From positions 12,030 to 76,029 of the forward strand of contig JBDHBD010000012.1 in NCBI GenBank assembly GCA_039587755.1: a stretch of DNA of 64,000 nucleotides. The letters are read 5' to 3'. The position numbers were made by a program, and so were the translations under genes. This DNA comes from Gemmatimonadota bacterium (GTDB lineage: Bacteria; Gemmatimonadota; Gemmatimonadetes; Palauibacterales; Palauibacteraceae). Shown here piece after piece: positions 46,701 through 57,229 of this stretch. Below the pieces are notes generated by a model, which ran no database searches, was not told where the DNA came from, and saw only the letters and a program-made list of their open reading frames with translations. Each line of letters starts with the position of its first letter. Position 1 is the stretch's first letter.

Positions 46701-47202
46701 GATCACGGAGCGCGCTGTCCGTACCTCGCGACGCGACGGACGGGAGTGGGCCCGTCTGACGATCGAGGACTTTCGCGGAACGGCGACGGCCCTCGTTTTC
46801 GGCGACAAGTGGGCCGACAATCGCGACATTCTCGGCGAGGACACTCCGGTACTCCTCGCCGGTACGGTGTCGGGAAGCTCGCGCGACGAGGAAGATCCCC
46901 CCATTTTTATGGATTCCGTCCGGAGCCTCGCGGAGGTGGGTTCCAGCGGACAGGTGGGCATCTGCATCGAGCTGCATGAGGGAGAAGAGCTGGAGCCCGA
47001 GGCGTTCGAACGGGTGCTCGCGCTGCTGGAAGGTGCCCCGGGCCGGGGCCCTCTGTGGGTCGAATGGCGGGAGCGCGAAGGCAATGGCGCCGAACGGCCG
47101 AGACTCGCTTCGCAGTCCCTGCGAGTCACGCCGAGCGCGGCGCTACTGACCGATCTGCGAACCCTGTTGGGCGGAGAACGGGTCAAGCTTATACGCGAAT
47201 AG
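43741..47202 (+). CDS. dnaE: DNA polymerase III alpha subunit
   Basis: [18 protein letters not shown] (PHP domain), ...[10 protein letters not shown]... and the polymerase core, over a 1153-aa length. Confidence 0.95.
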   Translation: MQFVHLHTHSEYSLLDGANRLDELVDRAVEFGMPALALTDHGNLHGAWEFQEKARKRGLRPIIGCEAYVAYGDRRAREIPPDAPAPYAHLVLLAENEIGYHNLVRLSSIGYTEGFYRRPRIDRDVLEEHADGLIALSACMSGEVAKNLLLDRFERAREAAEWHARVFGPGRYWLEVQRHGIPGQEKVNEGVFQLAEALGLGVVATNDAHYLRREDADAHDTLLCIGTGRDKSDPNRLRFHGEESYFKSAAEMAELFPDRPDVLANTLEIAEGCEVRFEQQYQLPTFPLPEAFKDDASMLRDLAERGARDRYGDPLPADAHERLEYELDVIAKTGYAGYFLIVWDFIRAAKERDIPVGPGRGSSAGSIVAYSLGVTDVDPLAFDLLFERFLNPDRISMPDIDIDFCYERRGEVIDYVREKYGQKSVGQIITFGTMKARAVVRDVGRVLGFSPADTDRLAKLIPSSPGFSLTVAQAVHKVQELKELYEDDPAVRKLLDYATRIEGLARHSSVHAAGVVIAPGPLDHYVPICADTKNGEDTVITQFDMVALEKAGMLKMDFLGLRTLTVIHDAMASVAQRHGVEIDWEEIGFEDAAVYEMLASGRTSGVFQFESSLATDKLRGMRCDRFDDLVAVNALIRPGPLDSGMTDVYIRRKRGFAPVEYPHPDLADVLEPTYGVITYQEQVMRVANVLAGFSLAEADVLRKAVGKKDAKLTAKVLADFVKRAVKRGTSAEKATEIAELIRTFGRYGFPKAHSVAYAVLSFRTAWLKTHYPAEFMAALLSSEIGNTDKVVTYIAEARGLRIDVLPPSVSESTYRFTVVADDRIRFGLGAIKGVGHGAIQSIIEAREEKPFDSFLDFLQRIDLRLNNKRVVEALIGAGALDDFGGRARLMAGLDLMFNEAQLRKRETETGQTSLFGGGEQRRTAPVLPDTEPWGERRRLKEEKERLGFYISGHPLDRYRELVELYELTANSSNFAEFRERSIEVACVITERAVRTSRRDGREWARLTIEDFRGTATALVFGDKWADNRDILGEDTPVLLAGTVSGSSRDEEDPPIFMDSVRSLAEVGSSGQVGICIELHEGEELEPEAFERVLALLEGAPGRGPLWVEWREREGNGAERPRLASQSLRVTPSAALLTDLRTLLGGERVKLIRE

Positions 47203-47233
47203 GGCGAGGATCGAGGTCCGGCACGTCGTCCGG

Positions 47234-48202
47234 ATGACTCGTCGTGGGAGCATGACAGCCGAGAACGAACGGGACTACGCGGCCCTCCGCTCACGCATTG
47301 ATGAGCTGCGGGAGGCCGCCCAGAGCCAGGGCTTCGACGTTTCCGAGCAGGTACGTGAGCTCGAGGAGCGACTCGCCTCCGAGCAACAGGGCGACCTCGA
47401 GCACCTGTCACGCTACGATCGTGTGAAACTCGCGCGCGACCAGGGGCGCCCCTTCACGCTGGACTTCGCGGAACGGCTGTTCGAGGACTGGTTCGAGTTG
47501 CACGGCGACCGCCTGTACCGTGACGATCCGGCCATCGTCGGTGGTTGGGCTTCGTTCGACGGCCGCTCGGTCATGGTGATCGGACAGCAGAAGGGTCGGG
47601 AGATGAAGGAGAACCTCTTCCGCAACTTCGGCTCGATGCACCCCGAGGGCTATCGAAAGGCGAAGCGACTCATGAAGCTGGCCGAGAAGTTCGGACGGCC
47701 GATAATCACCTTCGTCGATACGCAGGGCGCGTATCCGGGCATCGGCGCCGAGGAGCGGGGCCAGGGAGAGGCGATCGCCAAGAACCTGTTCGTGATGGCC
47801 GGGCTCAGGGTCCCCCTGCTCTCCGTCGTGATCGGCGAGGGAGGCAGCGGCGGGGCCCTCGGGATAGCGGTTGCGGACCGGGTGTTAATGATGGAGAACG
47901 CGATCTATTCCGTCATCTCGCCCGAGGGCTGCGCAGCGATACTGTGGCGAAGCCGGGAGCACGCCGACAAGGCGGCCGACGCCATGAAGCTGACCGCCGC
48001 CGATCTCCTCGAGCTCGGTGTCGTGGATGAAGTGATCCCGGAACCTCCCGGTGGCGCTCACCTCGAGCCGACCCAGGCGATGGATGCCGTGGGAGACGCT
48101 TTGAAGCGTCACCTGGCCGAGCTCGCCACGATAGATCCGGAGGAGCTGGTCAGGCAGCGGCGGGAGAAGTACTACGCCATGGGCGCGTGGACAGAGGAGT
48201 AG
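47234..48202 (+). CDS. accA: Acetyl-CoA carboxylase carboxyltransferase alpha subunit
   Basis: ...[22 protein letters not shown]...[20 protein letters not shown]... is the canonical AccA. The start may be the second Met at 47252. Confidence 0.9.
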   Translation: MTRRGSMTAENERDYAALRSRIDELREAAQSQGFDVSEQVRELEERLASEQQGDLEHLSRYDRVKLARDQGRPFTLDFAERLFEDWFELHGDRLYRDDPAIVGGWASFDGRSVMVIGQQKGREMKENLFRNFGSMHPEGYRKAKRLMKLAEKFGRPIITFVDTQGAYPGIGAEERGQGEAIAKNLFVMAGLRVPLLSVVIGEGGSGGALGIAVADRVLMMENAIYSVISPEGCAAILWRSREHADKAADAMKLTAADLLELGVVDEVIPEPPGGAHLEPTQAMDAVGDALKRHLAELATIDPEELVRQRREKYYAMGAWTEE

Positions 48203-49281
48203 ACGCGGACCGGCGACCGGTCGGGCCCGGCGAGCACGGCGGCGAAGGCAGAGGCCGTGACTCGGGAGGCGGGCGCCACTCGGGAGGTGGCGGTCGGGGC
48301 TCCGGAGGCGGCCGTCGCGGCGGTCGTCGGGGCGGTCGCGATCGACGACGTGACCGGCCCGGTCGTACGCCTCGCGCACCGCAGGCCCTTTTCCCCACGC
48401 CGGTGGCCACGACCACGCCCGGGGACCTCCAGATCGTGCAGGTGCAGTTCAAGGGCCTCCGGACCGGCTATTACAGCTTCCGACACATGGTCCCGCTGCG
48501 GTCACGCGAGTACGTGATCGTGGAAGCGGATCGCGGGCAGGACCTCGCATGGGTGGTGCGGGCGGTGGACGCGAATAGCCTCGCCTGCGAAGGCGGTTGC
48601 GATGCGGTCGACGACCGTCCGGTGCCACCCCCCACCAAGCGCGTCCTCCGCCGGGCCGCACCCGCGGATGTGACACGTCTTCACCAGCTCCGCGATCAGG
48701 AACTTGAGGTGCGACGACGCACCCGTACGCTCGTCGACAAGCACGAGCTCAAGATGAAGGTCAGCGAAGCGGAGTGGCAGTGGGATCGCAACAAGCTGAC
48801 CGTGTACTTCACCGCCGAGAAGCGGGTCGACTTCCGGGCGCTCGTGCGTGAAATGGCGCGCACGTTCCGCACGCGGATCGAGCTTCGACAGATCGGAGTG
48901 CGCGACGAGGCGAAGCGCCTGGGTGGCCTGGGCAGGTGTCGCCGCGAGCTGTGCTGCCGATCCTGGCTCATGGAGATCGAACCGGTCACGCTCCAGCTCG
49001 CGAAGGACCAGGGCCTGTCGCTGAACCCGAGCCAGATCTCGGGAGCCTGCGGCCGGCTCATGTCGTGTCTCCATTACGAGCAGTCCTTCTATCAGCAAGC
49101 GAAGAAGCGCTTCCCCCGGGTGGGCCAGCGCCTCGGCACCTCTCGCGGTGACGAGATCGTAACCGGCTGGAATCTGTTCAAAGACACCGTCTCACTCCGA
49201 AGCCCCGACGGAGAGAAACGGGAGCTTGCGCTCGGTGAGCTCCGACAGGAGACCGCCTCCGCTCGCGAACGCGCGCAGTAG
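48187..49281 (+). CDS. PSP1 C-terminal domain protein (RicT/YaaT-like) with an N-terminal RG-rich low-complexity extension
   Basis: The core [18 protein letters not shown]...[35 protein letters not shown] is the PSP1 domain. The annotated start overlaps the accA 3' end by 16 bp, so the true start may lie downstream. Confidence 0.7.
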   Translation: MDRGVDADRRPVGPGEHGGEGRGRDSGGGRHSGGGGRGSGGGRRGGRRGGRDRRRDRPGRTPRAPQALFPTPVATTTPGDLQIVQVQFKGLRTGYYSFRHMVPLRSREYVIVEADRGQDLAWVVRAVDANSLACEGGCDAVDDRPVPPPTKRVLRRAAPADVTRLHQLRDQELEVRRRTRTLVDKHELKMKVSEAEWQWDRNKLTVYFTAEKRVDFRALVREMARTFRTRIELRQIGVRDEAKRLGGLGRCRRELCCRSWLMEIEPVTLQLAKDQGLSLNPSQISGACGRLMSCLHYEQSFYQQAKKRFPRVGQRLGTSRGDEIVTGWNLFKDTVSLRSPDGEKRELALGELRQETASARERAQ

Positions 49282-49301
49282 GCAGACGATCTCGAAATTT
49301 C

Positions 49302-50825
49302 ATGGGCAAGTTCTATCTCACCACCGCGATCGACTACTCCAACGGCGAGCCCCATCTCGGGCACACGGTGGAGAAGGTCGGCGCAGACGTGATCGCGAGG
49401 TATCGGCGGAGCGTGGGGGACGACGTTCACTTCGTCGTCGGGATGGACGAGCATGGGCAGAAGGTCGCCCAGGAGGCTGAAAAGCACGGACTCGCTCCGC
49501 AGGACTGGGTGGACAGGATCGCCGAGTCTTTTCTGGACGCGTGGCGCCGGGCAGACGTCGACTTCGATGACTTTATCCGGACGACCGAACCCCGCCACCA
49601 CGAGGGGGTCGGCGAGCTCATGCGCCGCATCGAGGCGAACGGCGACTTCTACATGGCGAGCTACGCGGGCCATTACTGCGCGGGATGTGAAGCGTTCAAG
49701 AAGGAAGAGGAGCTCGTCGACGGGAAGTGTCCGACCCACCCTCAGCGCGAAGTGGAGTGGACGGAAGAGGAGAACTTCTTCTTCAAGCTGTCCGAGTACC
49801 GCGACCGACTGCTGAGCCACATCTCGGAGCATCCGGAGTTCGTCCGGCCAGAGAGCCGGCGAAACGAGATCTTGCGACTGCTGGAGCGCGGTCTGGACGA
49901 CATCTCGGCCTCGCGAAGCCGCATCCCCTGGGGCGTCACCTTCCCGGGCGAAGAGGAGCACACGGTCTACGTGTGGTTCGATGCCTTGCCGAACTACATC
50001 ACGGCCGTCGGATTCCCGGACCCGGGCTTCGACCGCTGGTGGCCGGCCGAGCTTCACATCATCGGGAAGGACATTACCCGGTTTCACTGCGTGATCTGGC
50101 CGGCCATGCTGATGTCGGCGGGTCTACCCCTTCCTCGGACGGTATGGGCGCACGGCTTCATCAACATCGGTGGCGCGAAGCTCTCCAAGTCGGCCGGGAC
50201 GGAACTGGATCTCACGGAGCTGATCGATCGACACGGCCCGGACGCGCTCCGCTACTTCCTGATGCGGGAAGTGTCCTGGGACGGAGATCGTGACTACCCG
50301 TCCTCGGACGGCTTTCTCGAGCAGTTCGACCGGCGCTACACAAACGAGCTGGCGAACGACCTCGGCAACCTGCTGAATCGGGTCGTCTCGATGGTGGTCA
50401 AGTACCGCGACGGTGCCGTGCCGCGAGAACCCCAGTCGTCCCTGGACGACCGCCGTGTGCAAGCGCTTAAGACATATCGTGAAAAGATGGACGGCTATCT
50501 CCTCCACGGTGGGCTGGAGGTGTCGGGCGAGCTGGTGCGAGCGGCCAACGTCTACGTGGATCAGGTTCAACCCTGGCAACTGGCCCGCGAGGAGCGAGAT
50601 GCCGGCTCGTCACCGGAGGCGTTGGACGGCGCGCTCGGCAGTCTTGTCCGCACCCTCGGCACCTCAGCCGCGCTTTTGGCACCTTTCATGCCTCGCAAGG
50701 CGGTGGAGATCTGGCAAGCCGTCGGAGGAGGCGACGGGCTGGCGCTTCTCGATGACCTGGAAGACGCGCTGCTCGGATTCTGCCGCGTGAAGCCCGGCCC
50801 CGTCCTCTTTCCACGGCCGGAGTAA
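49302..50825 (+). CDS. metG: Methionine--tRNA ligase
   Basis: YLTTAIDYSNGEPHLGHTVE (HIGH motif), the zinc knuckle CAGCEAFKKEEELVDGKCPTH, and KLSKSAG (KMSKS motif). Confidence 0.95.
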   Translation: MGKFYLTTAIDYSNGEPHLGHTVEKVGADVIARYRRSVGDDVHFVVGMDEHGQKVAQEAEKHGLAPQDWVDRIAESFLDAWRRADVDFDDFIRTTEPRHHEGVGELMRRIEANGDFYMASYAGHYCAGCEAFKKEEELVDGKCPTHPQREVEWTEEENFFFKLSEYRDRLLSHISEHPEFVRPESRRNEILRLLERGLDDISASRSRIPWGVTFPGEEEHTVYVWFDALPNYITAVGFPDPGFDRWWPAELHIIGKDITRFHCVIWPAMLMSAGLPLPRTVWAHGFINIGGAKLSKSAGTELDLTELIDRHGPDALRYFLMREVSWDGDRDYPSSDGFLEQFDRRYTNELANDLGNLLNRVVSMVVKYRDGAVPREPQSSLDDRRVQALKTYREKMDGYLLHGGLEVSGELVRAANVYVDQVQPWQLAREERDAGSSPEALDGALGSLVRTLGTSAALLAPFMPRKAVEIWQAVGGGDGLALLDDLEDALLGFCRVKPGPVLFPRPE

Positions 50826-50849
50826 CGCCGTCGCCGGAAGCCAGGTCCG

Positions 50850-50878
50850 TTTGACAGCCGACGGATCGCCTGAATACT
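50850..50878 (+). promoter_or_regulatory. Possible sigma70-type promoter (perfect -35 TTGACA, 17-bp spacer, weak -10 ATACTC) in the 180-bp gap upstream of the M23 peptidase gene
   Basis: Sequence pattern only. Confidence 0.25.
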
Positions 50879-51006
50879 CTGTAGCGTTTGTTGCGGGGTT
50901 GTTGGCGCGGCGGGGCGGCTGAAGCAGTGGTACAACAGTGCTGGCCCGCCTCGCTCCATTTCCGGGCAGTTTCTCGGTTGGCTCCGGGTCAGAGAGAGGG
51001 TAAAGC

Positions 51007-51951
51007 TTGGCGAAGCGAGAGATCTGGACTGTACAGTTCTTCCCCGAGAGTGGGGGACGCGCTCGTAGCTTTCGACTTCGCCCGCGTGTCGCGTATGCTG
51101 CCGGCGGTCTATGCGCCGGCTTCTTGCTGTTGGTGGTGGCCTGGCTTCTGGGCTTTTTCGGTGAGCGCCAGGCGATCTATCAGCTGAGCCGCTACGAGGC
51201 GGAGAATCAGCACCTCGTAGCCAGCCTGGCGGCCATCGAGAACCGCACGGACCGGCTCGCCCAGGCGCTCGACGAGCTGGCGGCTCGAGAACAGCGCTTC
51301 CGGGTCCTGTCGGGGTTGCCCCTGCTCGACGAAGAGCTGTACGCAGTCGGAATCGGCGGACCGGCGCTGAACGGCGAGGCTGCCGGTCAGTTCGACGCGC
51401 TCGCGCCGGAGCTGGCAAGCACATCGCGGTCGCTGACCATGGACCTCGATCAGCTGCTTCGACGAGCCGAGCTCCTGTCCAGCAGTCTGGCCGAGGCGAC
51501 GGACTCCGTGGCCGCTCAACAGGAGCTGTTCGGCCGGCGTCCTACCATATACCCCGTGCTCGACGAGCGCTCGTGGATCAGCTCGGGGTTCAGCTACAAT
51601 CGACTGCATCCTCTGCTCGGTTACCGACGCCCCCACCCCGGCATTGACGTGTCGGCGAGCTATGGCAGCCCGGTCGTGGCAACCGGCGACGGTCGTATCG
51701 TGTTCGCCGGTCAGGAAACGGAATACGGAAGGCTCGTGGAGGTCGATCACGGTTACGGTTACCACACGCGTTACGCGCACCTGTCGCGTGCTACCGTCCG
51801 AGTGGGCCAGCGCGTGCAGCGAGGCGATATCGTGGGTGAGGTGGGTCGCTCTGGTCTGACGACGGGTCCGAACCTGCACTACGAGGTGCTGGTCGATGAT
51901 CGCCCGGTCAATCCCAGAGCGTACATCCTCGACGATGCCTTCCAGCGGTAA
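51007..51951 (+). CDS. M23-family metallopeptidase (peptidoglycan DD-endopeptidase-like) with an N-terminal TM/coiled-coil
   Basis: HPGIDVSASYGSPVVATGDGRIVFAG....GYGYHTRYAHLS....VQRGDIVGEVGRSGLTTGPNLHYEV is the LytM/M23 motif set. Confidence 0.85.
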   Translation: MAKREIWTVQFFPESGGRARSFRLRPRVAYAAGGLCAGFLLLVVAWLLGFFGERQAIYQLSRYEAENQHLVASLAAIENRTDRLAQALDELAAREQRFRVLSGLPLLDEELYAVGIGGPALNGEAAGQFDALAPELASTSRSLTMDLDQLLRRAELLSSSLAEATDSVAAQQELFGRRPTIYPVLDERSWISSGFSYNRLHPLLGYRRPHPGIDVSASYGSPVVATGDGRIVFAGQETEYGRLVEVDHGYGYHTRYAHLSRATVRVGQRVQRGDIVGEVGRSGLTTGPNLHYEVLVDDRPVNPRAYILDDAFQR

Positions 51952-52086
51952 GGGTCGCACCGCTACCCCACACGCAGGTTCGTTGAACAACTCCGACGTC
52001 ACGTCTACATTCTTGGTTTGACGAAGATCACCGGCGATCTATTTGATCGAGATCTCGTGGTACCACAGCTGGGAGAATTGGCGATG

Positions 52087-52836
52087 CAGCAGCGAAAGCA
52101 CGTGATCCTCTTAACCCTGGCGGGTGGACTTCTGCTCGCGGCGTGTGGCGGCGGCGAGCTCGCCGTTCAGGTGATGACCGAAGGCACCGAGGGCATGCAA
52201 CCCGAGTCTGACCTGCCCGTATCCTTCCTCCCCTTCGACCGGGATTCCGTGTTCGAGGCGCTCGCGGCCAGCGCACCCGAGCCCGAGCCACGGGTCCCCG
52301 CGGACCTGCAGCAGGAGTTCGACAGCGTTCTCGTGCTCCAGGAAACCTGGAGGATTGCGGAGTCGTCGTGGTCCGAGGTGCGTGACAGCCTGCGACAGCT
52401 CTCGGACCGCCTGCGCGGGATGGACCAGCGGAGCCGGTCTTACCGCGAGCTTTACGACCGTTTCGGTGCCCTGGAAGGCCGTGAGCAGCGGTTGAATCGC
52501 GTGCGGAGCCAGGCGTTCGACACCTTCACGGGGCTCCAGCAGACAACCACCACGCGTCTGGACTCGGTTCGCGCCGTGCGAGAGTCGTGGGAGGACATCG
52601 CGTTCGCCGACTACGTGTCGATCGTGGACAGCATCCAAGATGCATTGGGGCGAGAGATCGTCGAGGACACAACCGACGCGAGCGGGACGGTCCTTCGACG
52701 GTTGAGCGGCGGGCCATGGTGGATACACACGCGCGTCGCGATTCCGGCTGGGGAGCTGTACTGGAACCTCCTCGTGGAAGAGGCGGACACGCTCAGGCTG
52801 ACACCCGCCAACGCCGAACAGCGGCTCCGCTTCTAG
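52087..52836 (+). CDS. Hypothetical lipoprotein
   Basis: MQQRKHVILLTLAGGLLLAACGGGE is a lipobox. The track ORF starts at 52018. No recognised domain. Confidence 0.5.
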   Translation, partial: QQRKHVILLTLAGGLLLAACGGGELAVQVMTEGTEGMQPESDLPVSFLPFDRDSVFEALAASAPEPEPRVPADLQQEFDSVLVLQETWRIAESSWSEVRDSLRQLSDRLRGMDQRSRSYRELYDRFGALEGREQRLNRVRSQAFDTFTGLQQTTTTRLDSVRAVRESWEDIAFADYVSIVDSIQDALGREIVEDTTDASGTVLRRLSGGPWWIHTRVAIPAGELYWNLLVEEADTLRLTPANAEQRLRF

Positions 52837-52908
52837 CGGCGTCGAGAACCCGAGATACCCAGGGGGCGGGGCTTCCCAGTCGAACGTCCCGCCCCTGTAG
52901 GCCGCCTC

Positions 52909-55056
52909 ATGGACACCATTGCCGTTGATCTCAAGGTCGACCTCGACCACATCGGCTGGCTCTCCTTCGACCTGCCCGGCTCTTCAGTCAACCTTCTGAC
53001 CACCGAGGTGATGCGGGAGCTGGATCACCGCCTCGGAGAGCTCGAATCGCACATCGCCACCGGAAAGCTGGTTGCCGGGGTGGTGATCAGCGGCAAGCCG
53101 GGTACGTTCATCGCTGGGGCCGACGTCCGTGAAATCGCGGCTCTCGGGGATGTGGATGACGCTCGGGAGAAGAGCCGCGAAGGACAGCGCATCTTTCGCC
53201 GCCTGGAGCGCCTCACGGTTCCGACTATCGCGGCCGTGGATGGGCTGTGTGTGGGCGGGGCCACTGAGCTGGCGCTCGCGTGCGATTACCGCATCGCCTC
53301 CGATCGCCCCGAAACCCGGATCGGTCAGCCGGAGATCAAGCTGGGGATTGTCCCCGGTTTCGGCGGCTGTGTGAGGCTGCCCCGCCTCGTGGGAATTCAG
53401 CGCGCCCTGCGCATGATCGTGAGCGGCAGTTCGGTCAATGCGGAACGCGCACGTCGTATGGGCCTCGTTGACAGAGTTGCGAACCACGAACGCTTCGAGG
53501 CGGCCGTCACCGACTTCGTACGGGAGGTGCTGGACGGACAGGTGACGCGGCATCCTCCGCGCTTGTCGCTCTCCGGTCGCCTGCTCGAGAACAGCGCTCC
53601 CGGCAGACAGCTTCTGTTCTCCACCGCCCGCCGCCAGACGGCCAAGCGCACGCAGGGGCGCTATCCGGCCCCCCTGCGGGCGATCGCCGTTGTACAGGCG
53701 ACGCACGGGAAACAGATCGACGAGGCGCTTCCGATCGAAGCCGAGGCGCTGGCGGAGATGTCGCAGACCGACGTCTCCAGAAACCTCGTTCGAATCTTCC
53801 TTCTTCAGCAGGCTTCGAAGAAGTCATTGTCGGTCGAGCAACTCGACAGGCGATCCGAGGTGAGGAAGGCGGCGGTGCTCGGGGCTGGCGTGATGGGAGG
53901 CTCCATCGCCGAGCTGATCGCTGCGCATGACGTTCCCGTCGTCCTGAAGGACATCGATCAGGAAGCACTCGACGATGGCTTGCGGCATGCCTCCACGCTT
54001 CTCAAGAAGGGTGGGGAACGCGGCGTGTTCCGGCCGGAGGAGGTCGGACTCAAGTTCGCCCTTATCCACGGCACGCTGACCTACGAGAAGTTCGACGACG
54101 TCGATCTGATCGTCGAAGCCGTGGTCGAGCGGATGCCGGTGAAGCAAACGGTCCTGCGCGAGACGGAAGAGAGAGTGCCTGACCACTGTGTCTTCGCGAC
54201 GAACACGTCGTCTCTCTCCGTCACCGAGCTGGCCTCCGCGGCCGCCCGCCCGCAGCGCGTCTTGGGTCTTCACTTCTTCAATCCGGTTTACCGGATGCCC
54301 TTGGTCGAAGTCGTTCGGACCGACGGCGTATCCGACGAGGCGCTGGCCACCGCATTCGGCTTTACCATCGACCTCGGAAAGACGCCCGTCCTCGTCGCGG
54401 ACCGGCCCGGTTTCCTGGTGAACCGGCTACTGACACCGTACCTCAACGAGGCGGGCTATTTGCTGGAGGAAGGGGCGGCAGTCGAAGAGGTCGATGGCGC
54501 GCTGCTCGAGTTCGGGATGCCGATGGGCCCCTGTCGCCTGCTGGACGAGATTGGCTTCGATGTGGCCGAGCACGTCGCCCACGAGATGGAGGCGGCGTTC
54601 GGACGCCGCATGCAGGCGTCGCCGGTCGTGTCCCTCCTGCGGCAGGAAGGACGATTGGGCAAGAAGAACGCGCGCGGGTTCTACGGCTACACCGGCGGCC
54701 GCCAGAGAGGCGTCGATCGGGAGGTGGCCAGGACGTTGTCGGGGTGTGGGGGCGGCTCTACGGCGGGTAAGGACGAGATCCGCCACCGATGCCTGTACTC
54801 GATGATCAACGAGGCCGCGTTTGCACTCGCACAAGATGTCGTAGGGTCGGCAGGTGAGCTCGACCTCGCCATGGTGATGGGAACGGGATTTCCGCCTTTC
54901 CGCGGAGGCTTGCTGCGTTGGGCGGACGGCGAAGGACTCCAGACCGTCGTGGAGGCGCTGCAGGAGTTTCAGCGGCGTCTGGGTCCACGCTTCGCACCTG
55001 CCAGCCTGCTGGTCGAAATGGCGGCGTCGGGGCGCACCTTCACCGAGCCCGTCTGA
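52909..55056 (+). CDS. Bifunctional enoyl-CoA hydratase/3-hydroxyacyl-CoA dehydrogenase (FadJ/FadB-type fatty-acid oxidation alpha subunit)
   Basis: Crotonase fold (IAAVDGLCVGGATELALACDYRIAS) followed by the NAD-binding GxGxxG segment VLGAGVMGGSIAELIA and the 3HCDH C-terminal domains. Confidence 0.9.
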   Translation: MDTIAVDLKVDLDHIGWLSFDLPGSSVNLLTTEVMRELDHRLGELESHIATGKLVAGVVISGKPGTFIAGADVREIAALGDVDDAREKSREGQRIFRRLERLTVPTIAAVDGLCVGGATELALACDYRIASDRPETRIGQPEIKLGIVPGFGGCVRLPRLVGIQRALRMIVSGSSVNAERARRMGLVDRVANHERFEAAVTDFVREVLDGQVTRHPPRLSLSGRLLENSAPGRQLLFSTARRQTAKRTQGRYPAPLRAIAVVQATHGKQIDEALPIEAEALAEMSQTDVSRNLVRIFLLQQASKKSLSVEQLDRRSEVRKAAVLGAGVMGGSIAELIAAHDVPVVLKDIDQEALDDGLRHASTLLKKGGERGVFRPEEVGLKFALIHGTLTYEKFDDVDLIVEAVVERMPVKQTVLRETEERVPDHCVFATNTSSLSVTELASAAARPQRVLGLHFFNPVYRMPLVEVVRTDGVSDEALATAFGFTIDLGKTPVLVADRPGFLVNRLLTPYLNEAGYLLEEGAAVEEVDGALLEFGMPMGPCRLLDEIGFDVAEHVAHEMEAAFGRRMQASPVVSLLRQEGRLGKKNARGFYGYTGGRQRGVDREVARTLSGCGGGSTAGKDEIRHRCLYSMINEAAFALAQDVVGSAGELDLAMVMGTGFPPFRGGLLRWADGEGLQTVVEALQEFQRRLGPRFAPASLLVEMAASGRTFTEPV

Positions 55057-55059
55057 GGC

Positions 55060-56115
55060 GTGAGTCTCCGGCTCGCGCGACGCGGGGCGGTGTTTCACCG
55101 TCGTCCCGGCGGCGCGACGGTCGACGGCCCCAGCGTTTCAATCGTCGTGCACCGGCCGCCGAACCGGGTCGACACCTACCGGCAGGAGCTCCTCTCCGAC
55201 GAGCCGGATCTGAAAATCACGCTTCAGGAGCTGGCTGCCGGGATAATACCGCTCAGCGTTGGCAACGGGATCTTGCTGGGTCCTGGCTCACAGCTTCTGT
55301 GGTTCACGTTTCCCGGAGCTCACAGTGAGGTGGGTGCGTTCTACGACGCAGAGGGGCAGCGGCTCGGGTGCTACGGCAACCTGATCCTACCCACTGAGTT
55401 CGACGGCGCCACGTGGCACGTCCGGGATCTGTTTCTGGACGTCTGGTTGCCGTCGGGCGGCAGCCCGCAGCTGTTGGACGAGGCGGATTTCGACGAGGCG
55501 AGGGCCCGCGGTTGGATCACGGCCGAGGAGGCGAGCCGCGCGCGGGCCGAAGCTTCGCGCATCACCGATCTCGCCGCGGTGGGTGCCTGGCCTCCGAAAC
55601 CGGTTCGACGTTGGACACTGGATCTCGTCCCCTCACTGCGTCTGCGGCGCGATCACCCGGGCACCTATTGGGCTGCCCTCGTTTCGGGCCGCCTGATCGG
55701 GTGGGGGCTGTACGTGTTCGGGCTGGCTTCGGCGACTTCCGTCGCGTTCGCCGCGTTCACCGACGCGTTCGTGACCTCTGGCCGGGCCCAGTCCGTGTGG
55801 GTCGGAACGCTCGTTTTCGAGGCGCTCCTTCTGCTTCCTTTCGCTCTCGGAGGTCTCTTGCCCGCCACTCGCTGGCCTCGCCCGGCACTCACCGACGAGC
55901 GCACACTGTTCATCGGGACGCTGGCGACAGGCCTGGCCGTACTGGGTCTCAACGATCTCGGCCGGTGGAGCGATCTGCTGGCTGGCGTGTACGGCAGCCT
56001 GGTCGTGTTTCTCGGAATCTTCGCCGTGTGTAGAGCCTTCTTCGACCGTACCTTCCCGACTTTCGCCGCTGCCGGTCTCATTGTCGCCGTGGCGGCACTC
56101 GTGATCCTGTTGTAG
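55060..56115 (+). CDS. DUF402-domain protein fused to a C-terminal polytopic membrane region
   Basis: ...AFYDAEGQRLGCYGNLILPTEFDGATWHVRDLFLDVW... is DUF402 (FomD/Fau-1-like). About five hydrophobic helices follow. Confidence 0.6.
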   Translation: MSLRLARRGAVFHRRPGGATVDGPSVSIVVHRPPNRVDTYRQELLSDEPDLKITLQELAAGIIPLSVGNGILLGPGSQLLWFTFPGAHSEVGAFYDAEGQRLGCYGNLILPTEFDGATWHVRDLFLDVWLPSGGSPQLLDEADFDEARARGWITAEEASRARAEASRITDLAAVGAWPPKPVRRWTLDLVPSLRLRRDHPGTYWAALVSGRLIGWGLYVFGLASATSVAFAAFTDAFVTSGRAQSVWVGTLVFEALLLLPFALGGLLPATRWPRPALTDERTLFIGTLATGLAVLGLNDLGRWSDLLAGVYGSLVVFLGIFAVCRAFFDRTFPTFAAAGLIVAVAALVILL

Positions 56116-56134
56116 CGAGGAGACTGGAACCGCG

Positions 56135-56812
56135 ATGTCGATACGACCCGCGACAAAGCGCAGGCTCGTCTTCGTGAGCGCGTTCGGTGCTTACTTCGTC
56201 GGTCTGTGGCTGCTCTGGTACACGCCCGTCGTGTATCCACTGAAGCTGTTCGTCGTGCTCCTGCACGAGATCAGCCACGGGTTGGTGGCAATGGCGACGG
56301 GCGGAGAGATCCAGCGCATCGTCGTGACGCCCCGGGAGGGCGGTTTGTGCGAGTGTCGGGGCGGCAATGCCTTCCTCACATTGTCCGCCGGGTACCTCGG
56401 CAGCTTGGCCTGGGGAGTGCTCATCTTCTGGGCAGCGTTCCGGAAAGCGGAGTGGGCACGTTGGCTGATCGCGTTAGTCGGCGCGCTCGTGCTCGGGTTC
56501 ACTCTGCTGTTCGTGAGGAACGCGTTCGGATTGGCCTTTGGGATCTCGTTCGGAATCGCGCTCGCGCTGGCAGGCCGGTACCTGGAGCCTCGGACGAACG
56601 CACTTGTACTCGGAGTCCTGGGCCTCACCAGCGTGCTGTACGCGGTCCTGGACATCAAGAGTGACATTCTCGATCGTCCCGAACTGCGGTCGGACGCGGC
56701 GATGCTGGCCGATCTCACAGGAGTACCGACCCTCGTCTGGGGCCTGTTGTGGATCGGGGTCGCGATCGGAGTGAGCTGGTGGTTGCTGCGGTGGGCGTAT
56801 CGACGCGTGTAG
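56135..56812 (+). CDS. M50B-like membrane metalloprotease-family protein
   Basis: An HEISHG (HExxH) motif sits inside the first TM region. The protein is polytopic and 225 aa. Confidence 0.6.
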   Translation: MSIRPATKRRLVFVSAFGAYFVGLWLLWYTPVVYPLKLFVVLLHEISHGLVAMATGGEIQRIVVTPREGGLCECRGGNAFLTLSAGYLGSLAWGVLIFWAAFRKAEWARWLIALVGALVLGFTLLFVRNAFGLAFGISFGIALALAGRYLEPRTNALVLGVLGLTSVLYAVLDIKSDILDRPELRSDAAMLADLTGVPTLVWGLLWIGVAIGVSWWLLRWAYRRV

Positions 56813-56833
56813 AGTCAATGTTTAGAGGCAGTT

Positions 56834-57193
56834 ATGGAGCTCGAGATCAAGAATTTCGCCAAACCCGACGAGACGGCCGACCTGGACGGCGGCCGGCTGG
56901 ACCTGCTGACCGCCGGCCATGTGACGGTGGGCCGGGCCACCTATCCCCCAGGCTGGGTGTGGTCGGAGCGGGTGGGAGCCCGCACGAACCGGCGCAGCTG
57001 TGAAGTCGAGCACGTAGTACTCGTACTTTCGGGTCGCGCCGTGATCTCCATGGACGACGGCCGCGAAGTTACGATCGGCCCGGGCGATCTGTGCGCCGTA
57101 CCACCCGGACACGATTTTGAGGTGTTAGGCGACGAACCGTACGCGTCGCTGCATTTTCACGGCGTGGAGGAGTATGGCGAAGCTAGTGAATAG
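56834..57193 (+). CDS. Cupin-domain protein
   Basis: 119 aa. ...VLVLSGRAVISMDDGREVTIGPGDLCAVPPGHDFEV is a cupin beta-barrel pattern. Confidence 0.7.
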   Translation: MELEIKNFAKPDETADLDGGRLDLLTAGHVTVGRATYPPGWVWSERVGARTNRRSCEVEHVVLVLSGRAVISMDDGREVTIGPGDLCAVPPGHDFEVLGDEPYASLHFHGVEEYGEASE

Positions 57194-57229
57194 GCTCCCG
57201 AGCGACGGACTGAAGGAGGAATCCAGGAA

